In this document: one piece after another, positions 26,753 to 40,922 of the stretch | Position numbering within the stretch: position 1 is the stretch's first letter | Layout: each line of letters opens with the position of its first letter | Assembly: GCA_964057225.1 (NCBI GenBank) | Contig: OZ059898.1 | Coordinates: 8,990,001 to 9,054,000 of the forward strand | Direction of reading: 5' to 3' | Source of the DNA: Auanema rhodensis | Lineage: Eukaryota; Animalia; Nematoda | DNA length: 64,000 nt | The notes under the pieces: generated by a model | The model's database searches: none | The model's input: the letters and a program-made list of their open reading frames with translations, nothing else | What the model was told of the DNA's origin: nothing | Translations under genes and position numbers: made by a program

Positions 26753-29700
26753 AAAACTATACATTATAATAAAATTGTTCTTTTCTTTGTATATTTATAA
26801 ATACATAAATAAAAATTGATGTATGACATATTATTATTATAATCGGTGTGCAAAATTTATAGATTATACGAAGAAAACTTCATTTACGTAAGCCAATTTG
26901 CTTGATATAATTTTCTTTTTACATCATCAAGACTTATTTCAACCTTTTTGATATAATTTGAAAAATTTCAAAAATCGTTTTAACGTATGTATATAGTATT
27001 GGTTTTTGGTTCATGAGATTCAATAGAGATTAAGAGAATTTTTACAACAATTGTTGTTTGTAATCATTGACCTTATTCGATTAATCAAATAGTTCTTTTA
27101 TGAATCCCGAAGCTGCTGCTGCTGTTGCTGTGTTCTTGATATACCATTAAAACAAAGAAATTGAATGGACCAGCTGCTTCAGAAACATGGATGTGGTCCT
27201 ATCAAGGACATCTGAGTTCTTAAGAAAGAACAAATGATCTTCGCGTTCGTTGTTGTCATTGACGATTCAGATGAGAATGTGTTGAACAGCTGCTATTGAA
27301 TAACAGTAGAAAATTCCATCGATTTCCTTTGAAGAGCAATCAGTTACAACTCCATTTCTGTAGAAAATATCATTCTATCTATGTACATACATATGTATAT
27401 ATGTACATAAATCACATATTACTATAATATTATTAAATATTTCTAAAACTATTTTTTGAATTTATGTTTATACATTCATAAACATATGTAAATATATGGA
27501 AATTACAACAATTTATAGGATATAATTAAGTAATTTGCTGAAAATTAACGAGAAACTGTCATTTCACATGTAGAAACAACGGATAGAAGAGCTGAAGGAT
27601 GAGTAATGACCTCTCGATTGGCCTAATGAATTGTCTTCATCTTATCCATTTATAGCATAGTCTATTTCTCTAGCCAACTATCCTCCGTCTGTCTTTTCGA
27701 CATGGAGGTTAGTGTCCTCCATCCTTCTGGCGATGTTTGATACATCCTAATAATTTCTTGAAAGCATTATTTCTACAAATTTTATTTTATTTTTATTGGA
27801 AAAATCACTTTAATCGTTATTATGTTGTAACACCTGTTTCTCTTTCATATCCAATTATAGTTCACAAGTTGTCATTTGAATCTCTCCAGGTGAACGAGAA
27901 AAAAAAATCATAAAAAAGGGATTAATGGAAGAACAAACCACATGTTTTACGTTTACCCTTTAGCTGGTTTTTGTTCTTTCTTTCGTCCTTTAACCGTAAT
28001 TTTGACGTTGTTTACATTTTTCTCTGGATTGACTGTTATCATTCATTCATAGTTAGTTATGAAAAACAACATTTCATATTAGTTCTATATATAAATATAT
28101 ATTTAAATATTTAAATATATATATATATATATAATATATTAAATTTATTATTTATAAGTGGTTAAATAGACAAAAAATAAATGTAAGTGTGAAGTATCTT
28201 TAATGCTCATTACTTACAATACATTTCATCGTTTTATTCATTCGTCAAAAGAACTTTCGACAATCAAGATTTCCTCTTGTCCTAGATTTTCTTTTTTTCT
28301 CAACTTATTTCTTATAAAACATAGTACAAGTTGAATTACATAGATTTTTGAATTATTTTGTAATAAAATACTTTATTTAATTGACTACTAATAGTTTATT
28401 TGAATACTTATATGTATCTCAAAGTATTTAATATTCAAAATTCATTGTAGTATTATATATGATTTTCATTTTATTCCTTATCAACTTGGAATTTTCTAAG
28501 AATTAAATTCGATTCATCTATCTTTAGATGGCAGGATTTTAATAATCATAAACTTCTTTATCTCTTCTTTTCTCATCTTTATTAAATTGTTTTTGAAATA
28601 ACCAAAATAAGACAAAAAAGTTTTGGCAATATTTTTCATTTTACACTTCCAGGAAGATATTTTAAAAATAAATTAAAAAACATAGAAAAGAAGAATAATT
28701 ATTTAACAAAAAAAACCCAAAATAAGAAAATTATATCTTGTTAATTATAAAAATTAGATTAAGCTTTAAAATATTTTTATAATCGAATAAGAACATACCA
28801 AATTTAGTTGTTCCCATCTGAAATTCATTCTGAGACTATTTGCGAATCTCACCGTCCCTTATTTATTCTTCGGGGTCATATATTCATTGAATGCAAGTGG
28901 ATTCTTTTCAACTCTTTCTGTTGTCAGACAACACTAGAACTTTCAGTTCCATACACAGACATCACACAGTTTCATATATCTTCAAGATAGCTCAACTAAA
29001 ATCTTTATTTTGGATTTTATCAAATCTCACAACAGATGTCTTTTTAAGCTTTTTCCTCAGCTTGAACAGGTTCTTCCTTCTGTTTTATTTTATTCCTCAT
29101 CCATGCTGTCATATGATTACGGTAATTTACTATATATATTTGTTTATAATATTTGTAGTACCAGTTATTAACTATATTGTTATATATATATTATATTTAT
29201 ATTAACTATTATAGATATTTCAGATACTAAGCTATTATTTTTACATTGGCTTCTCATTCTTTTAATTCACATTTTAATTTAACAAAGATAAAAAAAAGTT
29301 AATCTTTCTTTTAATATACGTATATACATATCTTTATAACAAATTATTTCTCTTGAATTATTATTGATTATATTCAATGTTATAATTTTTTTTTGAAAGC
29401 TCTCTGTTCCACCTTTCACTGTTTCAATTCTTTTCAATTTTATTAATTTAATCATATTATTTGATACAATCAAGCTTATCTAGGATCTTATTCATAACAA
29501 AAAATAATTTCTTTTGAATTCTCAATATAGTGTTATGATAAGCTTTGTTAGGAACATGCTCATCTGTTTACAATGTAATCAACGTGTTTTTGTGAATTTA
29601 TGTTTCTGCTTTCAGTTTCTATATCAGACAAGCTAGTAAAAATAATTTTATTTCAATTTAACTATAACAAACTGCAGCTTTTTTTTATCTTACCTCTAGC

Positions 29701-32700
29701 CGTTACAACCAAAGACCAAAATAATATTATTGTTTTCTTGCAATCGTTATCATCAAATTTCTATTATTATCATTACTTTAATTTAAAAACTTTATATATA
29801 GAAAAATATTTTAAAATATATTATTCTATATTTAAAAATATATATAAAGAGTAAAGGGTAATAAATAGTATTGATATAAGTGATTCCAAAGTAAATTCAA
29901 GGTGTGGCATCATTGAAAAGAAAATAGAGATTGAGATCTTGAAAGAGAACAGAGAGAAACTCATTGAAGAGTGAAAGAGAAGGATATGAAGAGAAAATCA
30001 GTCAAAGCTCAGATAGTAAATGCTTTACAATTTTTCCTTTGATGTATTTCTTCAGATCAATCGAACATCTTTTTTTGCATTCAATTTGTTATGAATCATT
30101 TGGTTATTCGAATAAAAACATAGACATCATTCATCTATCTTAAGCCATTTCTCTATTCAATTCAATGTTCAATATATACATATAATTCTTGTTGATTTTC
30201 TCTTTCGAAACTTTTTTTTAGCGTTTCTCTATTGATTTCAATAAAATAAAAAAAACAGGACAAAAAAAGAACCGAAATTCACCCCATGTTCTCTCATTAT
30301 AATCTCTCACATGACACCCCAGATTTATAGAATTTCATTACCATATTATAGTAGATTACTTGACCTTAAATCTCAACAAACGTTATACATAGTTTGAAAC
30401 ATCATATTCATACTCTCTATCTATCAGCATTTCTTCTTCATCAACACAATAATATTTTTTTGCCAATCAAAGAATTATGGTGCGCAAACAAATTTTTTTT
30501 TTTTTGAAAAAATCTTCTTTCGTTATCTTGACCTATATCTAGCTTTTCATTGATTTGAAGGTATTTTTCAAAATTTTTCTTTACTTTTTAACAAACACTC
30601 AATCTTTTGGAATGTGCTAAACACATGTACAGAGACAAAAAAATTGTTTTTGTTTGTAATATGAATAGAAGATAACGTTTTCATACAGTTCGCCCAATTA
30701 TTCTTTCAGAATATACATTTAAGCTATTGAAAAAAGTTTTAAAGAGGCAATCTACTATTGAATATCTTCTATAAAATATATATTTTTGTAGTTAAGTAAA
30801 CATTTGTTTTTTGCATTAACTAGTATTTCATGTATATGAATCTTTCTAAGAAAAATCCTCAACATCAACATTATCCATACAAACTATCTATCTATCTAAC
30901 TATCTACGTATGAATATAAAAGTATTTTTGATAAAAATAATTTTATTTTCAATCAATATTTTTAATTATATCATTCCAATTGAGTTTCAGAGAGCTAAGC
31001 ATATCAAATTCCAAAACTTGGGTCACGTTTCTCACGTGACGTTTCACCTGTCGTTTTGAAAAAATAGGATTCTTGTTTTCGAAATTTTAAAAATTTAATC
31101 TTTCTAAGCTATTTCTTAAATTTAGTTAATTATATTTCATTCTTATTCTTCTTAAAAACATTTTAATTTTTAATAATAGTTAATAGATATTTCGATTTTT
31201 TTAAATAATTTTAGCTAATTTTTTATCAGTGCATAAGAGAAGTAAGGAAGCCGAATATGTCACCAGCTGTCTGTATAAATAAAAACGAAAAGAGAGAAAG
31301 AGAAAGAGAAAAGAGATTGACCTAGTAAATATAAAAATATGACTAGAAAAGGAGCTCAGATAGATAGAAGAGTTATAACTCTTCTATACTATATATTTAT
31401 ATTCTATATTCTATATTATTACATTATTTACTTTCTTTCTCTTGTTCCTTTGCTCTTCTCGTACCTTTCTATCCAACTTATTCACCTCTTACTCTCTATC
31501 AAACAGCTATGACAGCTATGAAGTACACACCATCTCTGCTACCAGTTCTAAGAGGAACGAAGGTTTCCAATGATTTTTCTTCAAAAAAACTTTTTTTTCG
31601 TTCGCCCTTCATTCTATTGACACATAGTTTTCCATTTGCCTCACTTAAGCCAAATCTTTGGAATCCTTTAGTTTACAAAACTCAAACTGCCATTCAATTC
31701 TTCTGTAAATACTGTCTTCTTTCTGCAGTATTGCCAACAGAAAATTTTCTTTCTAAGTTTCATTTTCTTTTCAGAGTAATGATTGGTAGTTTCATTATAG
31801 TTTTTGGTTTAAAAATATTAATTTTCTATAAAATAAGTTAAAATGATAATTAATTTTGATTATCTTTTATATTATCATAATATTATAATTAAATTATAAA
31901 AAAAAATTGTTTTTATACCTTTCTACACATCAAATTGTTTTTTTATTTCACTTTTTATATTAATAGTTAAATAGAATTAAACATGATTATATATGTAACT
32001 AATACTGAAAAATTGTCGATTTTTATTGATCAAAGTTCTACTTAAGTCCATTGAAAAAGAAAAAAAACGTGTAGCTGATTCAATATCAATTGAACTTTAA
32101 ATATAAATATAAAATGATACTCCTCTCTATTAGTACAAGTACGTATAAAAGTTGTTTGAATACAAAGGCTATTTCATCTTCTATGTCAATCAGTTGCAAA
32201 ACTCGTAACAATGTTCCCAATTCCTCTATATGTATGCGAAAAAAAGCTAAGAAAACTATTTCCTCAACACGTTTGTAAGATAAGAAATTCTGTTTTTTTT
32301 TTGTTAAGACTAAACAGAAAGAGAAGAAAAGAAGAACAAATTTTTGGGGGCGTTGATCTTTTCTATATTTATGAATTAGTTAGTTCAGTTTAGATCTTTT
32401 AATGCATTTTCTATGTTTTTGTTAGCTGTTTTTTGAATGAGATAAACTTGAGAATTTGGACAGAACATTAACTATTTTTTGTCTACAAACAGCGATTCTA
32501 TAGATATTCTATGAGAAATCTACCCACTTTAGCTTTGATGCGACATACAACACGTGTATTTCCTTTGTTTCTAAATGGAGTTATCGCTTTGTTTGATCGT
32601 TTGGCTTGTTCTTCTCTCATCTTCTGTAACCTCAGATTGAAGATAAAATCACAAGTCTGATTTCGTCTTTAATCGTTTACTTCGTTTTCATCTTTTCCTC

Positions 32701-35380
32701 CCATCCAAAAACTCGCCCTCACTGTATTATCAACTTCACTTTCTCTCTTCTTGTGGTTTCAGCTCTTCTATCTCTGTTTATTTCAATTTGACCAAAACAT
32801 TTCTTTACGATTACGAATATATACCGTCGATATGAACACATGATATCTATGGCAAAAGCTTGACTGAAGAACTGAATGCTGAAAAAACATTTCGTGTTGA
32901 TATGTCAGGCAAAAGGAAAATTGATATATCCATCTCTCAGCTTTCATCAGTTCTTTTTTTTTTCGTTCATATGTGTATATGTATTCATATTCATTGAAGT
33001 GTCATATGGCATTTGTGTTTAATAACGTCATCGTTTTCAATCCAAATTCTTTCTTTAACTCGTTCCGGGATAGACCTGTAAATCGTTTAATCCAGTCTAA
33101 TTGTTTGGAAGAAACAGAAAATTGAGTATGTCAGGTCAATAAAATTGTTCAAAACATCCAAGCTGTTGTCATAGAATATTTGTAAAATGTATTCATCTGT
33201 ATGATTTTAGAAAAAAAAATTCAAATTACTGTTTTCGACACAGGTTGCTGTTTTAAGGTAATTCCCACCTACCTATCAGACCCAATCATTATTCTTTGAC
33301 TTTTTTTGATCTTTTTCACAACTTCTAAAGTTGTTGCTCAGCATGAGGTTGATTCTTCCTTGACGTTAACTTGAAAAACATGTTTCTTTTCTTTTTTTTT
33401 TGACTCTTGTTATTCATTCCGCAGACTTTTCTCAGCTCAGCATGTACTCGTTCACAGCCAACGCTTATGATCTTATCATTATATTGAAGATACAAATTAT
33501 TCTTAAGCTAACTTGATCAAAGTAAATACTATATAGAACCTTTCTCTCTGAATATTTTCTGTTTTGTGGCCCATTTTTTTGCTGTCTCCACCAAACAAAC
33601 TGCCAGCCAGATCGAGCGCATTTTCGATTTTCGAGGACGTTACCCATCAACATCACCCACCATCATCATCCTAGTTGTCCCAGTCTGTTTCCCATTGCGA
33701 AATAACAGAACAATTCGAAAGATTTTAACTAAATAATCAGTTTGACCAAGATTTTATTATTGGACGTTTCTATCACATTAACTCATTCTATGATTTTTTT
33801 CCGTAAACAATCAGATGATATGATGTAATACAAATGATAATCTGAATATGTTTGTATATAAGCATATCACGTAATAATATTAATTTTCTATCTTTTAGTC
33901 TTTTAAGTATTATCAATTATTAAATTTCTTCTATCATATAATTGATTTTTTTCATTTATCATATCTTAATGTTTTAATCAGTTTCACAGAGAAAATCTTT
34001 GTCATTTGGCTTTCATATATCTTATTTAATTTTTATATTTTCAATGTTTTTTTTTGGAAAAAAAAGGAAAAGTGCAAAAGTTGCTAAAAGAATTTTTTTA
34101 AGCAAAGATATACATAAGTATGTAAGTAATACAAATAGTATTTGATAATTGAATTTCTTGCTTGTTCTATAAGACTATTACACTATATCCTGGGTAGTAT
34201 CAAAGCTTATATTACTATTTTTGGAAAGATAATATTATTTCCTTCAAGTCTATATTCTATTACTATTCTTATTGCCTCCAAACTCTTCACCCCTCCCCTC
34301 TACCCTTTATACCCTCGCTTCGTATTCAGTAAGCTCTCACTGTGTCATCTTCTTGTACCACCCCTGTACACGAATATGGTTATACGAACATCTTATCCTA
34401 AAAAGTCGTTTACAGTGCTAATCTTATGACTCATATAATTAAATTGCTTTGAAACGAGTTATACTATATAATAAATCAGTTTATTTCGTTTTTTTAGTTT
34501 AAAAGAACAATGTTTTTGGTCAATTTCTTTAGTTTTTTACTTTTTTATTTATTAATAAAATTCGAGAAATAAAATAAAAGAACTAAATGCAAACGGATAT
34601 ACTGATACTATTGCTAAAATTATTTTTATTTTCATGAAAAGTTGAAGAAATTTATGTTAAAAGCTTAAAGAGCTAACCGAGAACTAAGAAGAAAACTATG
34701 AAGAAGAGTTTGTGATAGGGAGACTTGCAGTAGGATGCATTATCAGCTGTTTCCATGTCTTCAGACAATAGCTTCATATAGAACAAGCTTTCGTTCCATT
34801 TACAGTTCCCCCGACTATGACAATCATTCGAATATCTCTTTCTCATCCATTTGTACTTTTTTTTGATTCTCTCCTCAACACGTTCCATCTAAGATTTTTT
34901 TTTCAAATTTATCAACCAGGAATATCAATCTCTTAACATTTACACCTTTTGCTTTTAAAAATAGAAACTAAGGAAAACATCATTTAGTGTGAAATATTGA
35001 AAGAATTATCAAAATTATTGTTCCAATGTCCTTGGTTTTCCTTTTTTTCTTTTTTTTCTTCCACGAAAAGTCCAAAATTTATTCGGTGCACTGAAAACCA
35101 ATTGATATTGCACTACATTTTTACACAGAAATTACATACAATGATTGTTTGATTCTTGGATAATCATTATATGTTCTTTTTGAATTTATAGCAAATAAAT
35201 GATTGAAAATCAATTGATTTTTCAATAAACAACTTACTATTATAAATTAGATTTTTCAATATGATTGTGAGTACAATTCAACCGTTTACTATTCACGCAT
35301 ACTTTGAAATGAATGGATGCAACTACACATGAACTAACATTATTGATGTACAAACTAATAATAGAATATATGTGTATTAC

Positions 35381-35386
<6 letters not shown>

Positions 35387-35416
<30 letters not shown>
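35387..35416. repeat. (AT)n microsatellite
   Basis: About 15 AT units. Confidence 0.9.
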
Positions 35417-35419
<3 letters not shown>

Positions 35420-37640
35420 ATTATAATCAAGTTTATTATTAAAATTTGAATATGTCGTCAGATTGAGCAGTGGAACTAATTAGTTCAAAGTTTTTGTCAA
35501 AGTTCGTTTTGGCTTTAATTGGAACAAGTTCATCTACAAAACGTTGACTGCTGCTGATGGTTACCTGAACAGAAACGAGCGACAGTCAATTAAAAAACCA
35601 TGAAATGCAGGTTGTTTGACTTTGACGAGTGAATACGAATGATTTTTCTAGAATAGTTTGAGCGTAGTGAAAAAGCCTGAGAGAGATTAGCAGGGAGAAA
35701 CAATGAAGTAATGAAAAAAAAAATAGAAGTTAAGAGAAAAGATACAACAGTTAACTAATCACCTACCAACTATAATTTTTTATCATTAAGTCATAGAATA
35801 GATCATAGTTCATATAATAATAATTGTAGAATATAACTATATTCATAAGTATAATTATGTTTACAAACATTTTAACAATTTACTTTTTATTTTTGTTTTT
35901 TTAATTAAGTAAGCAATTGATTGTGAGTAATGTTATTGAACAACTGCTTGCTCTAAGATATAAGAGAATGTTTTAAAACAAAAAAATGTTTATTTTCTTT
36001 TTAAACTGTTTTCGACATGTTTCTTTTTAAATTATATATATATATATATACTTTTATTTTTTTATTATATATATAAATACCTTATATGTTAAATACTATT
36101 TATAATTTATTATATTAACTATACTTTCTACTAAAACTTTAAAGCTTTTTTCAACAAAAAAAAAGAGATAAAGATTGATCTTTTTATTGTATTTTGGATT
36201 AAAAATATTCTTCCTTAATGGCATAAACATATGAAGAATGTACATGCGTAAAATTAATTTTAATTAATACATCATCAAAGTTCAATTGATCAAGTCAATC
36301 AGTCTACCAACCCCCCCCCCACACCATCACCAACATCTCTCCATTGTCATTCTAGGCAACTGTTTTGTCTATCGTCCTTTCAACTTTTATTCTCTGCCTA
36401 ATCATCTGTTAATGATGATGATTTCTTATCGTGTTATCAAAAGAAGAATTAACCTCTCTTTCATTTCGGTTAGCTCATCCTTACTATGTATATTGAAATA
36501 ATAAACATTTTATTATAAAACAAACCAAACTATATGCTTCAATCTTTATTATTGAATCATCTTTCATTTAAAAACTTATTCAAAATTCATTTTCATTTTT
36601 CTGCATGTTTGACTTTAATATAAGGTAATCTCTCTTTTTCTCTCTTTTTCTATAGAAAAAGTTGGAAAGTTTGATCGAATTCAATAATTCTGTTTTATCC
36701 TCGTCAACTCTTCGCTTCACATGTTCAGAATGAAAAATAGAATATTGAGTATATTTCACTTGTAGCTTATAGCTTCATTTATAAATTTACAACTTATTAG
36801 AGCTAAATAAACCAATATATGTATGTAATTTGTGCATACATGCATAGTTTAAATTAACTATATGTATAGCTTTCTATCATAAATTATTTTTTCAACTTTT
36901 CAATAATTAGCTATAAACCTCTAATATGTCAATTTCACTTATACTTTTCCTTAATATTATGTTCACTACAACTTCCAAATTATAAATTTATTTTATTTTA
37001 TTTCATTTTTAAAACTTTTATCTTCCTTTATATTAATTTTACTAAAGGATTTATCTACTTTTTCTCTATCTTTTTCTCTTTCTCTATCATTTCCCTTCTC
37101 AATCTTACTCTTACTTCTCATTTCTTTTCATTTCTCTTCCTCTTTTTTCCCTTCTATCCGTATCTCATGCATGCATATGTATGTATGTACACATACTCAT
37201 AGTGTCTTGTCAACACCCTTTCTTCACTCTTCTTCTCATGATTCTCATAGCTACTTCTATATTTTTTTCTTCTTCTTAACCTAAATATGTCCAAGATTTT
37301 AAGTGAACGAACTCTTTTTAATTTTTCATAAACTAACGCTTCTTTTTTCAACTTTTCTTAACAATTGATTTCTCTCTCTCTCTCTCTCTTTTTTCTTTCT
37401 CTCCCCCCTCTTTCTCTTTCTCTTTCTCTTACTCTTTATATCTTTCTTATAGTCTTCTTATAGTTATTTTTCTAATTGTTATAATAACTTTTTTATAGTT
37501 TTTACATAAAAATTATAAAATTTGAATTTTCTCTTTTCTTTACAAACACATTATATTTGCCATATCTCATATTAAACTCGTTATTGCACATTGTGAATTT
37601 CATAACTTTTGCGTCATTCATTGATATACATTTCAGATAA

Positions 37641-38519
37641 ATGCCAGATTCACCACCCCCCACGTATTCACCACCTCGGCCTCCTCCACCATACGAGGAG
37701 CCGAACAAGAATACTCCAAAAGTAAGCTAAACTACAATTCAATATTCTTCTTCTAACTGTCTTCTTGAAAAGAATGAATTTTATTTATTTTTTTAAGGAG
37801 GGAAACACATATAAAATTTCACCTCCACCATTTGTTCCATTGTCCGGAGCATCGTCCACTCCAATGGCCGTTGATCCAAGTACCCTTCATACCGTAAGCT
37901 TTATTATCAAATATGAATCTGTGCTCACATTAAAACTATACAGATTCCAATAAATGGACCTCAACGAACAATAGTTATTGTTCAAGAAGTTAAGGATGCA
38001 CCATCATTTTCTCCATATACTGTATTTTGTCCAAAATGTTCAGTAAGTTTTATTAAATTTTCCTACAAAATGTTGCAAAAAAATATCTATCTATAAGTAA
38101 CTGTCATGCATAAATAAGCATATCAATCAAACTGTATTTCAATGTGTATATATTAATATATATATAATATTATTTATTTTATTACTATATTAATATAAAT
38201 AATATATTATAATATAATATATAGATTATGACATATAAATATTTATATATCCATATATATATAATATATTTTATATTATTTTCTGTTAAAATTCTATTAT
38301 TCTTAATTGCTATCAATTTCTTTCATTTTTTTTCAGCAAAACGTTACGACAAAGCAAGCTTTTGTCTCTGGAAGTTTAACATGGATATGCTTCATTTTTG
38401 TCCTCTTCTTCTTCTTCCCATTAGCTTTTGTACCATTTTGTCTCGATTCATGCAAAGATGTTCAGCATTATTGCCCAAAATGTGCTTCATTATTATCAAT
38501 TAAGAAACGTTTCTTGTAG
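37641..38519 (+). CDS. LITAF-domain (zf-LITAF-like) endolysosomal protein
   Basis: Pro-rich N-terminus with PPxY motifs (PPTY, PPPY); CPKC, a hydrophobic segment, then PFCLDSCKDVQHYCPKC; four exons. Confidence 0.92.
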
Positions 38520-39249
38520 ATAATTTTTCATTGAAACGATTATAACGAAAATGCAGGTTTCTTTTTTGGAATATTTCTTCAATTTATTCCAACCTTATGT
38601 ATAATATGCTATATTATGTGCAATTGGTCATTTCATATCTACAAGAAAGTCAAATTTCCAAAACAATACAAGAAAAATTTGTCTTCACAAACTATCGTTT
38701 TGAATATTTCTGGTCAAATCAAGTACATACATACATATTGATGTGGTTCTTGGTCAATTTTCTGTTCAAAAAAAAATAAGAAACTGTTCTCTCTATTCAG
38801 GATTCATTTCTCTTTGTCATATACTTGTTTCCTGTAAAGGTTTATTACCTATTTTGGTATTATATACCTGACATTCTTCATTTTGTGATCCGTTGAATAA
38901 AAACAAAATTGAATGGATATATTCTCATTTGTATAATTTAAAAGACGAACGCCTTATTTAGGACATTTTAACATTTATCTAATTCAATTCATTTATATAT
39001 ATATATATTACATGTATTGTATAATTAATAAAAATTGTTTTATTCTTCCAATGGAACGCGGTTATTATTTCGCGGATCTGTGACAGCTTTTATTCTTTTT
39101 TTTTTCTTTTTTTTTCTTATCAAAAGAAACTTTTCTTATGTTTGAAATTCAAAACAAAAAAAAAACATTTCTCACTTATAACATTCTGTATTATGAGTTG
39201 TCAACATTATTTTGCCATTATGAGAATAAAATATAATATAATTTGACTA

Positions 39250-40618
39250 TTATAAATTAAAACATTGAAAAGTAAAAATAATTAATAAAACTATTAAAAT
39301 AACATTATATGAATTATAATTATAACTAAAATTACATCCATTCCATCCATATACTGATATATAATGATTAAAATAATGTAGATGTTCTTGCATAGCCTAT
39401 AATTTAAAATATTTAATAAAATAAAAATTTTATGTAAAAATAAATTTAGATTACCTTCGATCCATATGACCAAAATTTCTTTTTATCACTACATTGAGAA
39501 TCTTCTCCATATGTAGCATTACATATTGTATATTTTACAAATTCTTTGTCATACCTTATAATATATTTTATGAATTTTATCTATTTGATTAAAGTTAAAT
39601 ATACCAAATTTCTCTAGAATGATGAAAAGGATATCCACTAGAAGTTATGTTATCATCATTTAATGGGGGAAGATGAGGAACTGGATCAGTATAATGAACA
39701 ACACGAAAAGAATATGGTACATAATTCTAATAAATAATATATTTCAAATAATAAAATTAAAAATTTTACTTGAAATATTTGTGCATATTCATAATCACCT
39801 TCTCTTGGTTCACCGAATGTTATTAATCGAGCATCATACTAAAAATAACAAATAAAATAATTATATACCATATATGTTGTTTGAGAATTACAGGATCTTT
39901 AATTATTCCTCGATAACTAAGTCTGAATGCTGTTAAAGCAGCCATTGCTCCACCTAGAGAATGTCCTGTGATAATAAATGAATAATCAGGATATCTATAA
40001 TATGAATATCATTGATGTTTTCAGCTCAAACATCATAAGATACATACAATGGCAATAATGGCTGTACAATATGATCCCACATGACTATCATTGCATTCAA
40101 AAAATACTTATTAACTCGTCCAACTTGTGTCACATTTCCATTTCGATCTGAACTATTAATATTTGAAAAAAATTGTTTGATTTATTCATAAAAAGTGTCA
40201 ACCTGTTTCGTTATATATTGGATAGTCTCGTAAACTATGAGTCATTTCTTGATACAATTGACTTGATCCATCAGTTCCTCTATATGATAATATGATTCGT
40301 CGTGTTTTATTTGAAACGGAACTAAACGCTTGACAATCATTATTTCTCTTCAAAATATAAGTTCAGATATGCGTCGTATAATCTTTAACTTGCCTTATCA
40401 CACGAGGTTGTTACGGCAGCAAATGTAACAAACGTATCATCAGGAAAAGTTTTATAAATACACTCTTCGCGCATATTGGAAGCATTTTGAGCCGGATATG
40501 CTGCTGCAGCTAAATTGAGGAAAAGCTTGGCTTCTTCCTCATTATAATTTACATAAGAATATGTACTTGATATTAATAAAATAATTGTATAATAACAAAT
40601 ATTATTAATATGAATCAT
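39250..40618 (-). CDS. Secreted class 3 lipase (Lipase_3, fungal lipase-like)
   Basis: Signal peptide, YNEEEAKLFLNLAAAAY, IRGT, GRVNKYF, nucleophile elbow GHSLGG, TFGEPREG, HYTDPVPHLP, PFHHSREIWY, HLHYF. Confidence 0.92.
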
Positions 40619-40922
40619 TTTCAGATATGCATATAGAATATAGAATATGGAATAATGATAAATATATCAGTATTTTGACACTTTTAATATTTGACAAAGA
40701 GGAAAGGGAAAGAAATGCCAACCAACTGATACATGTTCCTCTTCTCTCTACTTGTCTCGTTTTTCTTATCAATGTGATTCAGTCCAAATCATGTTTCTGT
40801 CAATATATTTGCTTTCACCCATGTCTTTTCGCGTTAAACAATAACTCAGCTTTTGTTAATAAAATTAATATTTTTCGGAAAAAAATTAGATGAAATACTA
40901 TTCATTATACATATCGTTCACA

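Noticed and set aside
28808-37500. Numerous 60-110 aa F/I/L/K/Y-rich ORFs in the track
   Set aside because: Composition is what AT-rich non-coding DNA gives by chance; no domains or coherent exon chains.
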